From positions 71,240,001 through 71,304,000 of the forward strand of contig CM052816.1 of assembly GCA_028534125.1 (NCBI GenBank): a stretch of DNA of 64,000 nucleotides, written 5' to 3'. Source of the DNA: Lama glama (taxonomy: Eukaryota). The translations under genes were made by a program, and so were the position numbers. How positions within the stretch are numbered: the first letter of the stretch is position 1; every line of letters starts with the position of its first letter. Below the pieces are notes generated by a model. It had not been told where the DNA came from. It saw only the letters and a list, made by a program, of their open reading frames with translations, and did not search any database. Positions 38,496-52,175 of the stretch are shown here, piece by piece.

Positions 38496-41209
38496 AATGT
38501 AGTATTTATTAAGTACACTTTTAGAAATTCACATACTTATAATACTGCTCTTCACATTATGTAGCGCTACAGATGTTTCTGACATAGCACAATGAATATT
38601 TAGCTGTAATTTTTAGGTCAGAGTGTCAAATTTATTATTCCAAATTTTGATCGCACACGTTAGAAACAAAAACCTTATTCTACTTAACAGCTCACTGCAT
38701 GCCGTCATAACCCAATAGTGATCAAACTGTGTGCTCTCGCTTTTCTTCAAACACACATTGTAAGAATTATTTTTTTACATTACTTTCTTTTAACCTAACA
38801 ATCCTAGAAATAGTCAAAATTTATTTTCCTTTTTGCCTTTTGACCTTGAAGCTGCATCTTAAGATCCTCATCTGTGTGACCGCTATCCACCCCTTAAACA
38901 GTGACAGAACCGTCACAGAATTCACCAGAGCTGATCTCTTTTCTCTAAGGAGACAGCTGTTCACGTCTTACAATCTTTTGCCCCAAGCACTGACAACTAG
39001 AAAACTTGCTTCTAATGTGGTTACGAATCTTGATCCAGCTGGTGACTCCTTTTCAACAATGAAGGTTACTATGAGCCCCATGGTACCACTTAGAATTGAA
39101 CTCAGGCTCTTACAGTCTTGTAACTCCATATGCTGGCCCTTCACCCCTTATTCTGGGTCCAGCCCAGGCCCTCAAGCGTATGCCTGCTACCAAGGGTAGA
39201 ACGTGTCCCTGTGAATGTTTCTCTCTTTGTCTCACTCTCTGTCTGTCTCAGACAGACCAAGGCAGAAAAATTTAAAACTCTTTAATTTACATTATTATTT
39301 TGAATTTTTTCCTCTAACACTTCTAAGCTACTTAGTTGTAGTTAAGATGCACAGAGTTTGTCTTAGGCTATAGCTCACCCTGTTTCATGCTGGAAGTAGC
39401 ATTTTATCAAATCCCAATTCTCTTGTAACATTTTAAGGAATTTGTTTGCTGTAACATTGAGCATAAGGGTACCGTCTAAGAAAATCAGTGACTGGCAACT
39501 GAAAGCATGGTAATAAAATTAAAGTTTTCACAAGTTTTTCACATTGCATATTAAAAGATGTTTGTCTATTGTAAGATGTGAATAAAAAACTAATGGCCTT
39601 CAACTTAAACCAGCTTCAACTTAGCAATTTAATGAGTCCAGTTTTATTTTATATCAGTTTACATATATTAAAAAGATGCAATTGATTCATTTTCACATAT
39701 ATTTACCATCTTCCATTTTTTATTCCATAATTCATCAAAATTGCAACTTTTCACAACTCCTTAGGAAAAATAAAAGTTTTTTTTTCCTAGCTGGATTTTT
39801 TACTATAAGTAAAAGAATCATGTAACTAGTTGGAGTAGATTTTATTTTATGTTTATTTAGAAATTATGATAATTGCTAAACTTTTTTTATTTGAAGACCT
39901 AGCAAAGGACACAAAAGATGTGCCATATGTTCACGAGAATTGAAAATGAGGGTTTTTTTTTATACAAACATTGAAAGCTGAAATAAAAGTTATTTTAAAA
40001 TTTGATTTACAGTTCAAAATGACACAGATAAAAACAACACGGCCCTCCTAAGTGAATAAAATTTTTTATTCTTGGCAAATAATTTTGGGGGGTCTGAAAT
40101 ATGATCAAAACTTAGTCTTAATCATGCATTTTTCTTTTGGGTAATAGTAATCACCATACCCATGAAAAAAATCTAGATTTTTATATATATGTATGTATAT
40201 ATAAAATATATGTGCATACATATTAAAAGAGATACCATACTAATTTTATTTTCTCTTTCAATGTACATATTAAGGAAAAGAATAAAAACAAGTCTAGCTA
40301 TCATTCTCAAAGTATTTGAAAAAATTAATCAAAATTTCTACTTATATAATCAGTGGAAATGAGGAAAAGTGGTGGTGAAAGAAAGAAATTGGCTTTAATG
40401 TTATTAATAGCAGACCATGCTTCAGGAAAAACAATTTAATCTTTATTATTAAAATTTTTTGATTTATATTTTTCTTCCCTTTACATTCCTATACCAAAAA
40501 CTGTATGTGTTCTACTGTGGCTGAAAAAAAATAACACAGGTGTGTTTAAGACAGGTGCTGCTTGCAGCGTTTCTGTAAACACGTTAGCACTTCTTTGACA
40601 CAGTATGACCTGGACCAGTAGTTTATCCTACTGGTAGTAGAGAAATAATAAGGACTGTGTCAGAGCCAGGTTCATTCAGATATTGCAAAATTCAGAACAG
40701 ATTATGAAAGTGCTGGCGACTGGTAATTAATCATGAAAATTGCTGGAGGATTTGCCTTACTGTGAAGGACGCTGGCAGACTTATTTACTGCTAATAAACA
40801 AGTTTTCCCCCCTTGTTAGAGATAAAACTTAATAGATTACTAGATAGTTGGCATAAGATTTTATATTTTCCCTTCTGATGTTTGGTGATATCACAGACTG
40901 TTCTGGTTTTTTGGACTTCAACTCTAGTACTCAGCTTTGCCCTACGTTGTTTTGACAGAAAAGTTAATAACAACAAACTATGTTCCTGAAATAACATTTC
41001 CAGTTTATTTGCTAATTTTTTTATGCATTTGGTTTTTGTTTTGCTTGCATTTTATCTTGCTAGAATTCACAACTACTTGGCATGTCAGTGCATTTTAAAA
41101 TGATTAATCTCATTGAATGAGAGTCTGAAATATGAATAACAGAATAGCCATTTTTAATTATTGAGATACTGATGTCACAATAATATTTTGGTTTTTGCCT
41201 TCAATGTAA

Positions 41210-41318
41210 ATACACATACATATATGTGTATATAGATGTATATACACACACATCTGTCTATGTGTATGTGTTATATATGTATACACATGTGTAATTATAT
41301 GTATGTATATATATATGT
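41210..41318. repeat. Degenerate (TA/TG/CA)n simple repeat
   Basis: Alternating purine-pyrimidine tract. Confidence 0.8.
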
Positions 41319-41459
41319 TACTATTTCTTTTAAATATTAAAGGGGAAATAAGGCTGACAAATGCCATGAATAATCTGAAGTAAAGGTTTTTTGCAATATT
41401 GTAGAAATAGTATTTAATATGTAGTAATAGTATTTAACATACTTAAAAAGATGGAACTT

Positions 41460-42150
41460 CATAATTTTTTTTCATTTTTATGATTAGATAAGTAATATAT
41501 GACATGCTGGAAAATTTAGAAGAATATGAATAAAAAATTTTAAATCAACAATAATCCCAAAATTAAACAAAAATCGCCATTTTCTACTTTTGACTATCTT
41601 GCCTGAGAGACCATTTTTAAACCACATGAAGTACTTTTGCAAAATTGAGATACTATAGTACATAGTTTTATCTCCTAATTTTTAACTTAGTTGTTTTTAT
41701 TGCCCTTTGTATTTAAGTCTATTTCAAAAACATTTTTGCTTCTTACAGTATAGAACAAATATTTCTAACAATATCATTTTTATATATCTGATTATTTTCT
41801 TTGGATACATTCTTAAAAGTGTATTTATTGGATTATAAGGGCAAGAGATTTTTTTTTAAGGCTTCTAATGCATATTGTCAGATTTTCCCTCAGAAAAAAG
41901 TTACATCTCTGGCCAAAAGCAAAAAGAGACAGCATGTTTCCTTAAGCTCTTGGCCGTTTTTTATGTAGAAAATGGTCAATTTATGTTGTATATCACATTT
42001 ATTGGTTATTAGTAAGAATGAGTATTACTCTATGTGTTATTTTCATTTGTATTTCTCTTTTGTCATGTGTCCTTTAACTACTCTGTGTTAGAGATTTCCA
42101 TCCAACTAGTAGGAACTTGTTTCATACTGAGGTATTAACTTCGTTGAATA
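41460..42150 (-). mobile_element. Decayed L1ME-type fragment
   Basis: T-rich, with attttctttggatacattcttaaaagtg...attggatt and attgtcagattttccctcagaaa. Confidence 0.55.
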
Positions 42151-43099
42151 TATATTCTTTTCCTTTTCTTTTGTACTTAAAAATGTTCTCCCCCAGTTCA
42201 TGAAAAGGAAAATATTCAGTTATTTCAGATTTTGGAAGTATTTGTACTGAATATAGATGAACTTACAGAGCATTATTCATATTACCTTTTTGTACCATAG
42301 ATCAGATTTTTTGAGTTGGCCAGTGGAATATTTGTTGAAAAATATCATTTACATTAAATTTTTTCTCTTTAAAATGTATCATAATTATATATTCATTTAT
42401 GAAGTTGTCTTGATGTTTTAAAATGTACATTTCTTTATTTCACTGATAGCTTCACTTCCTAATGCATAATGTACATTAGAAATTAATATCATTAAAAACA
42501 AATTAATTTGTAATTTGATATTTGAATAGTTCACATGTAAACTATAAAATATAGTAATATCTAAAATAGTCTTCTCCTGAAGAAAAACAGTCTTAAAAAT
42601 GTGTATGTTATGTTTATCTCTTCTAAATCAACAGATTGTCTTTCTCAGGTATATTTGACAGAGAACATAAGACAGCAGCTAGCATTAGGCACCAGTCACA
42701 GCCATACTTTTGTGGCATTGCACTGTGAACAGTGTAATTAAATTCTGTCCACTTTCATTTAGCCAGCTCTAAACTGATCATTGTAAACCAATGATAGCAA
42801 AGTTTAACTAGCTCACAATTATTACATGTTTTATGTTTGCCAAACTAATAAAATGCATTTAATTCCATGTTTTAAAAAAATATAGAGGCTCTATTCAGAA
42901 GTTAAGTTGGTCTCTTGCTGAAGCATAATTGCTGACACTTAAATGTGCCTGGACCCTCTTGCTTCTCAACCCAGGCTACTTCGATCAGAATAGAGCAGGC
43001 AGGAGACCACAGACATCCCTCCATCTCAGAATCCCAGCAACTGGGCAGCTGAATAGGTGTTGCCCATTTCCTTATCTTAAGCATCAACCAAGCCTTTGT

Positions 43100-46000
43100 T
43101 CACACTTTTAATTTCCCTGGCTGAAAAATTTGGATTAATTTGTTTCACTATTCAGGGCTCTCACGGGTGAGATGGTTCTAGGAATCTAGTTATTTATCTC
43201 TCACTTATACTCATTATTTTAATATAGATAATCATTAGTTATTTAATGCACTTCCAAGTCATTTTCTGGGACACTGTACTCTCTAAACATGTGAAGCTCT
43301 TGTGGAATTTTACTGAAGGCTATATTGAACTTCAGTGGCCTATTTGGGGAACTTAAAATGTGAATAAAATAATTCACCAGTGGGCAACTTGGAAATCTAA
43401 GGATCCTAAGACAGAGCAGTCAGTGGCCAGCTATACATTTTGATTGCTAAGAAGAAGCTTTTAAAATCCAGGAAAATTCTAAAATTGCTACCCCGAGAAA
43501 AAAAGTATCATGGGAGAGCTACAGTTTAAACTTGACCTGTCCCCTCTTCCAGACACAATTCTAGATCAAACTCTTTTTGGCCTCTCCCTTAGCCTCCTCT
43601 ACTATGACCCCAACACTCCTCACCTGTCACCCCTTCTCCTTCTGTCCCTTCTACCCTTTTCCTTTTCCTCCACCAACCTTTCCTATATACATGCACTCTT
43701 GTTGACCACTACCCACCTACAATGTCATATAACATAGTTGCAGAAGATGACCAGCTTTGCTGACTTTATAATTTTAAACTTTAGTCAAGATTAGATTTGT
43801 ATTACCTGTTTAAAGACCTTCCTAACCCTCACAAGTAAAGATAAAAATTCACCCAAGAATTTAGTCTTGCCCTTGGGACATTTTGTCCAGGAGTCTCCTC
43901 TTAGGACCAGAGAATGTTAAAACTTGTTGGAAAAATTAGAATGAATTAATTATCAAAGTTATATAAAATATATGAATCAAAATTTGGCCAAGGATGGATA
44001 TAAAAAGGGTATGAAAATAGAACAAGTTCTGTTAGAAGCAATCCCTGAGGTCTTTCCTGTAAAAATTGGTCAAAAATCCAGTCTTATATACAAAAGAAAA
44101 AAGTGAATACATCCCAGATATTGAGATCATCTAACTAACACTTAAGAAAGCATTCCCGTTCCAGTGAGAGGGAAGACACTACAAATGTTCTATTCATCTT
44201 CATTACTGACTGTCTTAAATCTGAGGTGGCAGATTTAGTAAGAAACAAAAATAGGATGGCAGACTTCTCCATCTCTTCTCTTAAGACCTCACTGAGCATT
44301 CTGAAGATACTTTAACTCAAAAAAAATTATAAGCCAACGTACCAACTATTCAAATTTAACAATTAGATAAACCTGAGAACAAGGGTCTCTCTGGGACTAT
44401 TGGAAAACAAAACAAATTAACAACGACAATAAAAACCCTCATACCTGTCAATGTAGGAAGAACAAGAGACATTGAATAAACAATTGCCCTGCCTTATCTT
44501 AAAAGATAAAATCTAAAAAGATAAAGAACAAACTTTGTCTGATCTAATGATGAATGGTGTCTCCTGTTGGACCGAAGTTACACTTAACAAAATAGGGAGA
44601 AATGCTCAGACAATGGCAAGAAGAGAATAATTTATTTCTAGTTGATGTGGGTTATTGAGCCCTGTCAAGTATCATAGATAAAAGAGGAAATGTCTATAAG
44701 GACAGCAGTTATCTTCTTGAATCCTTAATTAATTTGGTGCCTTGAAAACAGCAAGGTTTCTAATCTGGAGGCAACAGTACAGTTAAACATGGAAAACATG
44801 CCAAAATCTAATTAAGTGTCTTGCTTCTTCCAGAGAAATTGGTTATAACTAAGGCTGAAGCACATACTAAAAATAATATTCAACAAGAAAAGGGCAAGGA
44901 TTTAGTGAATTACAATGCTGAATGAGCTGCTGTAAAACACACCTATACTATCCAGCAAGTTCAAAAATCAAAGCCAAACTAAATCCTGACTGATGTCATT
45001 AAGTCTTGATTCAATGTCAGTTTTAGGCACCTAATCTGGGGGCAGGGGGGAAGGCACTTTGGGAAAGATTAGATCCTTTGTTCCACTCAGAGTGTCTCTC
45101 TGGTAACGTTAAGAGGGTCTGTCCAAATAGGTTGAAATGGAGTCTATCAAAAATTCTGTATGTTATAAAACCACCAATGAATAGGAAAGCCTAGCAATTA
45201 TCTTACATGGACTTTGTTGGTGAAACTTCAGGGAGATTGCATAGGATGTTTTTTTTTCCTTTTTTTTCACTCTTCAAACCCACAATCCTAAAATTTTAAA
45301 AGTGGGATAAGAATATAGGTTAAAATTTTAGACCTGTTTAAATATCTACAAATAAGCTTTATTCTAGCCCCTGCCCCATATGGTTAGAAATGTGCTCTTA
45401 ATGTTGTCTGTTTTCCGGTTGGCTAGAAGACTTTTCATGCTCCTTCTATCCTCTTCCAGATTCTTTAACAATAAGACTACTGCTCTCACAGAAGCAAAGA
45501 AATTTTAGACCTTACAGTTCCCACTTGGGGAAGAATCTCCTCCATATCTAACAATAGGAGAACTGATTTCACTGTGAGAGTGAATAAGGAACTCTGTAAC
45601 CTATAGGCACCACTGCCTTTACCATCCTCAAGTCTTCAGATCCAACAGAATAAATGAATGGCATATTAAAATCTGGAACTGACGTAATAATTTGTCATGG
45701 CCAAAGGTTTTGCTGTTAGCTCTCATGGCCATTAGGTCCACCCCAGCAGGAACTCATAGATTCTTCCCACGAGAACTGAGGCCCAGATACCCCATGAGTC
45801 CAGGGGACTAGCTCCTCTCCTTGGTGCTGCTGTTTAACAGGCTGATAAGACCAAATAGGGCAGAGATTTGATGTGCTATATCCAAGCTTATCATTAACGG
45901 GTGTAAGTAGCTGTTCCCAAAGGCAAACCACGGGAATGACTACATGCCCTTCATCCTGGAGACCTGATTTACAGAAAATGGTACCAACATAAAATTGCTC

Positions 46001-46110
46001 TTGAACTTCACTGGACAGTATAACTCAATTCCTCTAAAGAAAATTATTGGGTACTGTTAACCACAAACACTGTAGGAAAAATCCAAGGAACTGACAAACC
46101 ATTACATGCG
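43100..46110 (+). mobile_element. Class I (ERV1/MER4-group-like) endogenous retrovirus internal fossil: gag, protease start, RNase H, integrase
   Basis: Decayed peptides in retroviral order: ELQWPIWGT (gag, about 43327); FLVDVG (protease, 44635-44652); NVYKDSSY (RNase H, about NIYTDSRY, 44689-44712); LLLPEKLVITKAEAHTK...KGKDLVNYNAE (44821+); FSGWLE, VPTWG, HCLYHPQ, LSWPKVLLLALMAIRSTP and LHPGDLIY...YWVLLTTNT (integrase). Confidence 0.85.
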
Positions 46111-46177
46111 TAGGTTCTTTCATTATTTTTTATGTCGGAAATTTCAAATTATGACTAAAGGCATTAACCAAAACTTA

Positions 46178-46592
46178 ATTTTTTAAAACTGTGGTAAATA
46201 TGTATAATATAAAATTTAGCATTTTAATCATGTTAAAGTGTATAGTTCAGTACTTTTAAATATATTCACACTGTTGTGCAGTCAATCTTCAGAACTTTTT
46301 CAACTTGCAAAATTGAAACTCTATATTCATTGATCAACAACTTCCCATTTCTTCTTCCCCCAGCCTCTGGCAGCCACCATTCTAATTTTTGTTTGAGTTT
46401 GACTACCTTAAATAAATTAAAAAAGACGATATTTGTCTTTTTTTTTGTGACTGGCTTATTTCACTTAGCATAATGCCTTCTTTTCTTCCATGTTGTAGCA
46501 TACGTCAGAGTTTCCTCTCTCTTTAAGGCTGAATAATATTCTATTGTATGTACATACCATATTTTGTTTATCTATTCATCTGTCAATGGATG
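46178..46592 (-). mobile_element. L1MB-like 3' end
   Basis: tgtggtaaata...ataaaatttagcatttta...cagcctctggcagccaccattcta...gtgactggcttatttcacttagcataatg...aaggctgaataatattc. Confidence 0.88.
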
Positions 46593-46859
46593 AGTATAGC
46601 CAGGCAACCAGGACTGTCCCAAGCAATCCAGGTCATACATTTACCGACTGATAAACATCCTGGTATCCTTAGTGCCCAATTTAATCCTTGATCCATAATA
46701 ACCACTCATTTGTTGAATAAATTGATAAGCAGATGATTCAATCAAAGCTCTATAGCACCAGATATCCTATTTTATAAAATACCATTTTCCTTCTAGATGC
46801 TAGAAATATCAAACTAAAAATTATCCCAGACCCAGCCTTCTCTCATTCCCACACTTAGC

Positions 46860-47340
46860 GCCCACGTGGATGCTGAAGCTCATCTTACCTCCTATACATC
46901 CCTCATCTTTGCTCTCCTTCCCTGTCCCTACTACGACCTCATTTGGATCCTTATTATCTTTCAGAATCACTGGATAGAGACATATCAGCTCTTCCTGCTT
47001 CTAGTCTCTCCTCTATCATCCATCATTCACATTGTTCTCGGTGTGGTTTTCCCAAAATAGAAATCTGATCACAGAGTTCCTCCCTTAAATAGTCTTCAAA
47101 TCTTTACACCTAAGAAATGAAAGACACAAAGCTGAAACACCTGCATGGCCTCATGTCCACCAGTTTTTCCAGTGTCCTCCATTCCCTACTACCTTCTCCA
47201 TGTCCACAGTGTTTCAACCACACCCAAACGATGCTCTGCTGTCGGAATGTGCCACGCTTCCTCTTTCTTACTTCTGTGCCTTTAAACTGCAATTCTCTCT
47301 GCCTTCTCCCGAATGCTCCACCTTCGCTCCTCTCCACACA
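46860..47340 (+). mobile_element. L2 fragment
   Basis: ctcttcctgcttctagtctc...aaatctgatca...tccccttaaa-like...cttctgtgccttt. Confidence 0.65.
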
Positions 47341-47499
47341 CCCCCACCACCCTGTCCCCTGCGCCTGGACTCACCTTGGTACAAATCGCCTCAATTTCCT
47401 TCTCACTCCCACAGTCCTAAAACAAATGAGTGAGAGACAAGGTTAGAAATGTGGCAATGATTTAGTGGACTATTAATACTTAACTCTGGATTTCAGTGA

Positions 47500-48050
47500 A
47501 ATTTAAGGCTGTAAAGAACCCTGCTAGGTCATCTAGGCCATTTCTCTTCTTCATCAAAGACTGCACCTTCACAGCTAACTAAAATAAATATGTAAATAAA
47601 TTATACAACTTAAAGGAGCATGTACATTTTGTAAACCCCTTCTCCAGAGGCCTTAATGATGTGTAATGAATCTGTTTGCTAAATTATCGTTTAAATTCCA
47701 TAAATTTTTCATCCAGAGATTTAAACTAATTTCCTCCTTTTAATTCATGGAGAGGCTTGAGATGGACACTGTATATTTTTAACTTGAGGATTTAAATAAC
47801 TTCTAAGTTCTTGCCTCCGAGCTGAATAATTCCAGATCTTTTAACCTTTTCTTGTAGGTCTTACTTTACAACCAATTCATTATCTTTGTGGCTGTCCTCT
47901 GAACCCTTTCCAAGTTTTCACATTCCTTTTAAGATTGGGAGTCTTCTACATGCTGCAGAATTCCAGGAAGGGTTTGACAAGTTGTCGTTCATTAAGAAGA
48001 TTACCTCATAGTTCTTGCATACTGCGTTCTTCATTTTGTAACATAGCATT
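47500..48050 (-). mobile_element. L3/CR1 fragment
   Basis: aggtcatctagg...gctgaataattccagatc...tttgtggctgtcctctgaaccctttccaagttt...ttccaggaagggtttgac. Confidence 0.65.
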
Positions 48051-48359
48051 AACTTTGCCTTTTCCAGCTGTGAAATTTACATTGGTAATTGACCGTACTC
48101 AATATCTTCTTCATACCCTTCTTTTTGTTCCATTGCTCTCAATTTCATCAGTTAATTCTTCCTTTTTTTCACTTCCATCCTCTTCAACTCTTCTAAATAA
48201 CATTTGTCTTGATGAAGCTGCAATCTGTTTATGTCTTTCATACTGATTAAACTAATACTGAGTTCAAAATCTGTCTTCCAAAGCTGCCATTTGTAAATCA
48301 TTGTTAATCACTTATTAACTGGGGTAATGGACTAGTATAAAATAACAACAAAAGAATAA

Positions 48360-48600
48360 TCATTGTACCAGACATTTAATGCAGATTATCTCACTTAATA
48401 GTAATATAATAGTAGTAGTAGTAATTATAAATTATGCAATTTTGTAGTGTTTGTATCAATTCATTTATCTTTGCAGTTACCTTGTGAGTTACTAGTTTTC
48501 ATCACCAGTTTTCAAAAAGGGAAGAAAGATACAGAGAGTTAAATGATTTTACTGTTATCTGGAACAAAAGTGCCAGAAGCACGATTATGCCTGATTCAAA
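48360..48600 (-). mobile_element. MIR fragment
   Basis: taccagacattt...attatctcacttaat...cttgtgag...cagagagttaaatgattt. Confidence 0.55.
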
Positions 48601-48749
48601 CATGTTCAGCCATAATTCACAACTTACCCCAAAATCTACATCCCTACACAATCATCTAGACATCCAGAAAACCAAAATCTACTTAGAATTGAAATTTTGA
48701 GGATAAAGAAAAAGTGCTTCGTATTCTTTTGAGGATTAAAAAAATCCAG

Positions 48750-48995
48750 CATGGGGGGTGGGAGGTGTGAGTAATGGAGTTGGATCTCTGGTTGCCCTGG
48801 AGGGAAAAAAAAAAAAAAAACTGTAGACAGAGATAAGTGTGGGGAGAGACAACAGACTGAACACTTCTGTCTGCAGAAGGAATTACTGCACTTCTAGAGG
48901 AAAGCTCTGTTGCAGACCTTATTAGCAGAAGGAAGCAAAAGTGATGCCTTACTTTGATAAGATAAGCCAAAGCTTACAAGGATAAGCTGATAACC
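48750..48995 (+). promoter_or_regulatory. Candidate GATA/ETS enhancer
   Basis: Five co-oriented GATAA cores (48831, 48955, 48960, 48980, 48988), a CTG-N7-AGATAA composite, GGAA cores and a CACCC box. Confidence 0.4.
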
Positions 48996-51619
48996 AGGAC
49001 AGCTTTCAAATTCCCTGAAGCTTCTATGTGCTTTTGTGAGACTGGGAACTGCATTAAGGTTGCATTAAAATAAGCATTTTATAAAGTTTGCTAGTTAATT
49101 AGGTAGGTAATTCATTTTTTTCTTTAATGATATTTCTATTAAGGTTAACATACAGATGGTGGCAATTATTGTTTGATTCAATTTTTTAAAAGTTGTGTTT
49201 TGTATAAAAATTTAATAGGGTAGAACAATCATATAATCTCCGTAACACTAATGGGATACCCTAGGGGCTAATCTGAGTGTTGGGAGTTTGCTACCAAACC
49301 AGCCCTGAATTTCCCTTTTTGCACAGCAGAAAATGCAATCTTAGACTTTCAGAACAATATAATAAGCCTTTAGGTTCAGTTCAGTTCAGAGAACAATTTC
49401 TGAACAGCTATTCAATGAAAGACAGTCTGTTTAAATCTAGCCTTATTCAGGAGCAGAAATTAAAATTTTTTCTTTGAATCTGTCGATTTAAAGTTGGATG
49501 GCAGGAACCACAAAGGAATGCTACTCTTCTGTTCTGCTGATAAATACTAATTTATTAAAGGAATAGCTTCAGAAGGCTTATAGGTGTGAAAATTATTCTA
49601 ACCATATGGTAATTCTCTGATACATCCTTATTTGCTATTAATAAATGCCACATACAACGTTTTTAAGTTATCATAAGACTTTTAGACCTTTTCATCAAAT
49701 AGTAGGTATAATGACAACTGTGATTTTGAAGTTCCCTTAGTGTTTAACTTTTACTCTCTTTACCTCCTTGATCTTTGGAATTTATATATTACTATCAATT
49801 TCTCAAAACTTCATTGACCAAGTACAGACAATCACGTTGATTTTGAAACACAATTTGTAAAATTGAAATTCTATTTTCAAATCAGCCCATGTATTTTGAA
49901 CAGTTTGTAGATTTTGATCTAATTTTACATCTTGCATTTATAAATCTGAAAAATTTTACGAATATTGCCTTCTATTATTAGTAGTAGTATTTTTATTTTC
50001 ATCCTTATGAATTTGCTTCTAGACAAAAGCACTTGGCAGCAATAACAGTTACATTTTTATGACAATGTATTCTTATTATACCCACTTCTCTCTTTTAAAC
50101 TCCATATATCCAGATAAGTATAGCTCTGAACCCAGTCAGTGGATAAAAATGTAGTGAGCAGGTCAGTATACAGGACACTGTGCTGTCTGCTGGACCCAGC
50201 CATTAAGATTGCTTTACTAAAGTACAGAACCAAGTCCAGGTGTGGTCTCCATTATGAAACTTCGTCTTGATGCCTGTGTGATGGGTACTTAAGTAAGTAA
50301 ACCACAATTCCTTACACACTTCCTTCTAAATCTAGAGCTTAACAACCTTAATTTTAGATCTATCTTTAGTATACCAACTGATTTTTTTTTTCTTGACAGT
50401 TTTTTATGACAGATGTTACCCTATACGGTAATAATTTTGTCTGCTAAGATTAAAAACAAGGAAATCAAAACTTTTCTGTTGATTTCTTCTTTTTCCCAAC
50501 AAATCCATCTTTTCCTGAATCAATAAATGGTGACTAAACTTGGTTAACATATCTCATAATTTCAATTCTTGCTTTAAAAAAAGCTGTATCTCTGAAGCTA
50601 ATTTATATTGCTTCAATACACGGAAGGAGAACACAGTTCTGTCCTATGATATTGTCTGCTTATATTGGTGGTGGTTTATTTGGATGTATGCATAGATGGA
50701 AAGAATTATTCTATTTCTTATTCTCAAATTTTGGGGAAAAAAAAAGCAATTCCTATCTCTCCAAATTCTAAGGAAAACTGTTTTTACCCTTATTGGTAAT
50801 AAGAGGAATGAAAATTTAAACAATAATAACATAATGATTGTTTCCTATTAAATTTTAAAATATTAAAAACATGACACTGTCCAGCAGTGGGGATAAAAAT
50901 GAGCAATGGAATTAGCACAACCTTTCCTTAGGACAGCTTCATGTGTATCAAGAAATTTTAAAATGTCCTTTACCAACCGATGCAGAATTTATCCTAAAGA
51001 AATCTCCAGAGATATTTTCATATTGCTCACCATATTATTGTGGATAATGTCAAAATATCAAACTGAATTTGAGTGCACAACAATTAGGAGTTGGTTAAAT
51101 GCTTTAAGGTCCAGCCACACAATGTCCTTAGCAGCTCAGAACCAAATGTATGTGGAAATAGATCACATTAGAAACCATGATTATTTCTCTATGATTTAAT
51201 TACTGAGGATTTCTATTTTCTTCATTTTACTTTCTTTAATTAACACTCACATATTCCTTAGTAATTTTATTTTATAATTAGAAACTTATAAGCCAATTAA
51301 AGTGCAATTTGCAAAATAATGGTTAGCTAAGAAAATTATATCAAGTGCTTATAATTTGACAGCTTAATCTGAAAAATCATAGGTTGTTTCAAACATCGAT
51401 GGTATTTTTATTCTTCTAATTGTGAAGAAATGTTATGAGTAGGAGCGAAAATCATGATTTTAAATATTGATATTGGCAAATTGAGATGAAATACTTTTTC
51501 ACTCCTGCTTTAGTTCACTTCATAACCTTTAAAAGTAACTAGCTGCCCCTTAAATAAATCTAGGTCCCTAGCCTCTTTTCTGCAACTTATGTCCTATCCT
51601 TTGTCTTTTATCCTCTAAA

Positions 51620-52175
51620 ACACACTTTTTTTTTCTTAAAGGAAAATGTGAACACACCATTCGTTGCTAAAACTCATCATTGAAGCTCCATCATCTTCAA
51701 GGAAAAAAAAAAACCCCTCAAATTCTGACCTTGGCAGATCTAGCCCTGTTTCTTCTCAACCATATCTGTGTAGTATCTTTATTCTTATTAAATATTATGC
51801 TACCACGTTAAGTGCAGTTCCTCCAAATGCCACATAATTTCATAGATTTTGGTTTCTGACGTGAAAAGCCCTCTCGCTCGCAACTCTGGTACCTAGCTGT
51901 CTGCCCATTCACTTCCACTCTCCTTTTAATGTTATTCTCATCCTTTACCGTCTCTATGAAGACCCAGCTTCCTGAATAGTGACTCCTGTACTTGACAGGT
52001 AGCCTTGATATTTCCCCACTTCCGACACTTTCCAATTATTTATATGCATGTTTATTTCTTTAAATAGACTGACTGTGGCTTTCTTACAATAAAGACTTTT
52101 TCCACTTTGGTACCTGTGTCACTTTGTATGTGTCTTGATTGTGAATACAACTTGGCATAGCATTATCTTCAATAA
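51620..52175 (+). mobile_element. L2 fragment
   Basis: aaaatgtgaacacacc...gcagttcctccaaatgcca...tctctatgaagacc...cttggcatag...tcaataaa. Confidence 0.55.

Noticed and set aside
38729..39199. 156-aa ORF, the longest non-repeat ORF
   Set aside because: Non-ATG start, composition typical of random AT-rich DNA, no recognisable domain and no convincing splice sites
36168..46110. MER41-like LTR as the 5' LTR of the 43-46 kb ERV internal region
   Set aside because: About 6.5 kb of unrelated sequence intervenes, no PBS follows the LTR, and the internal region looks much more decayed
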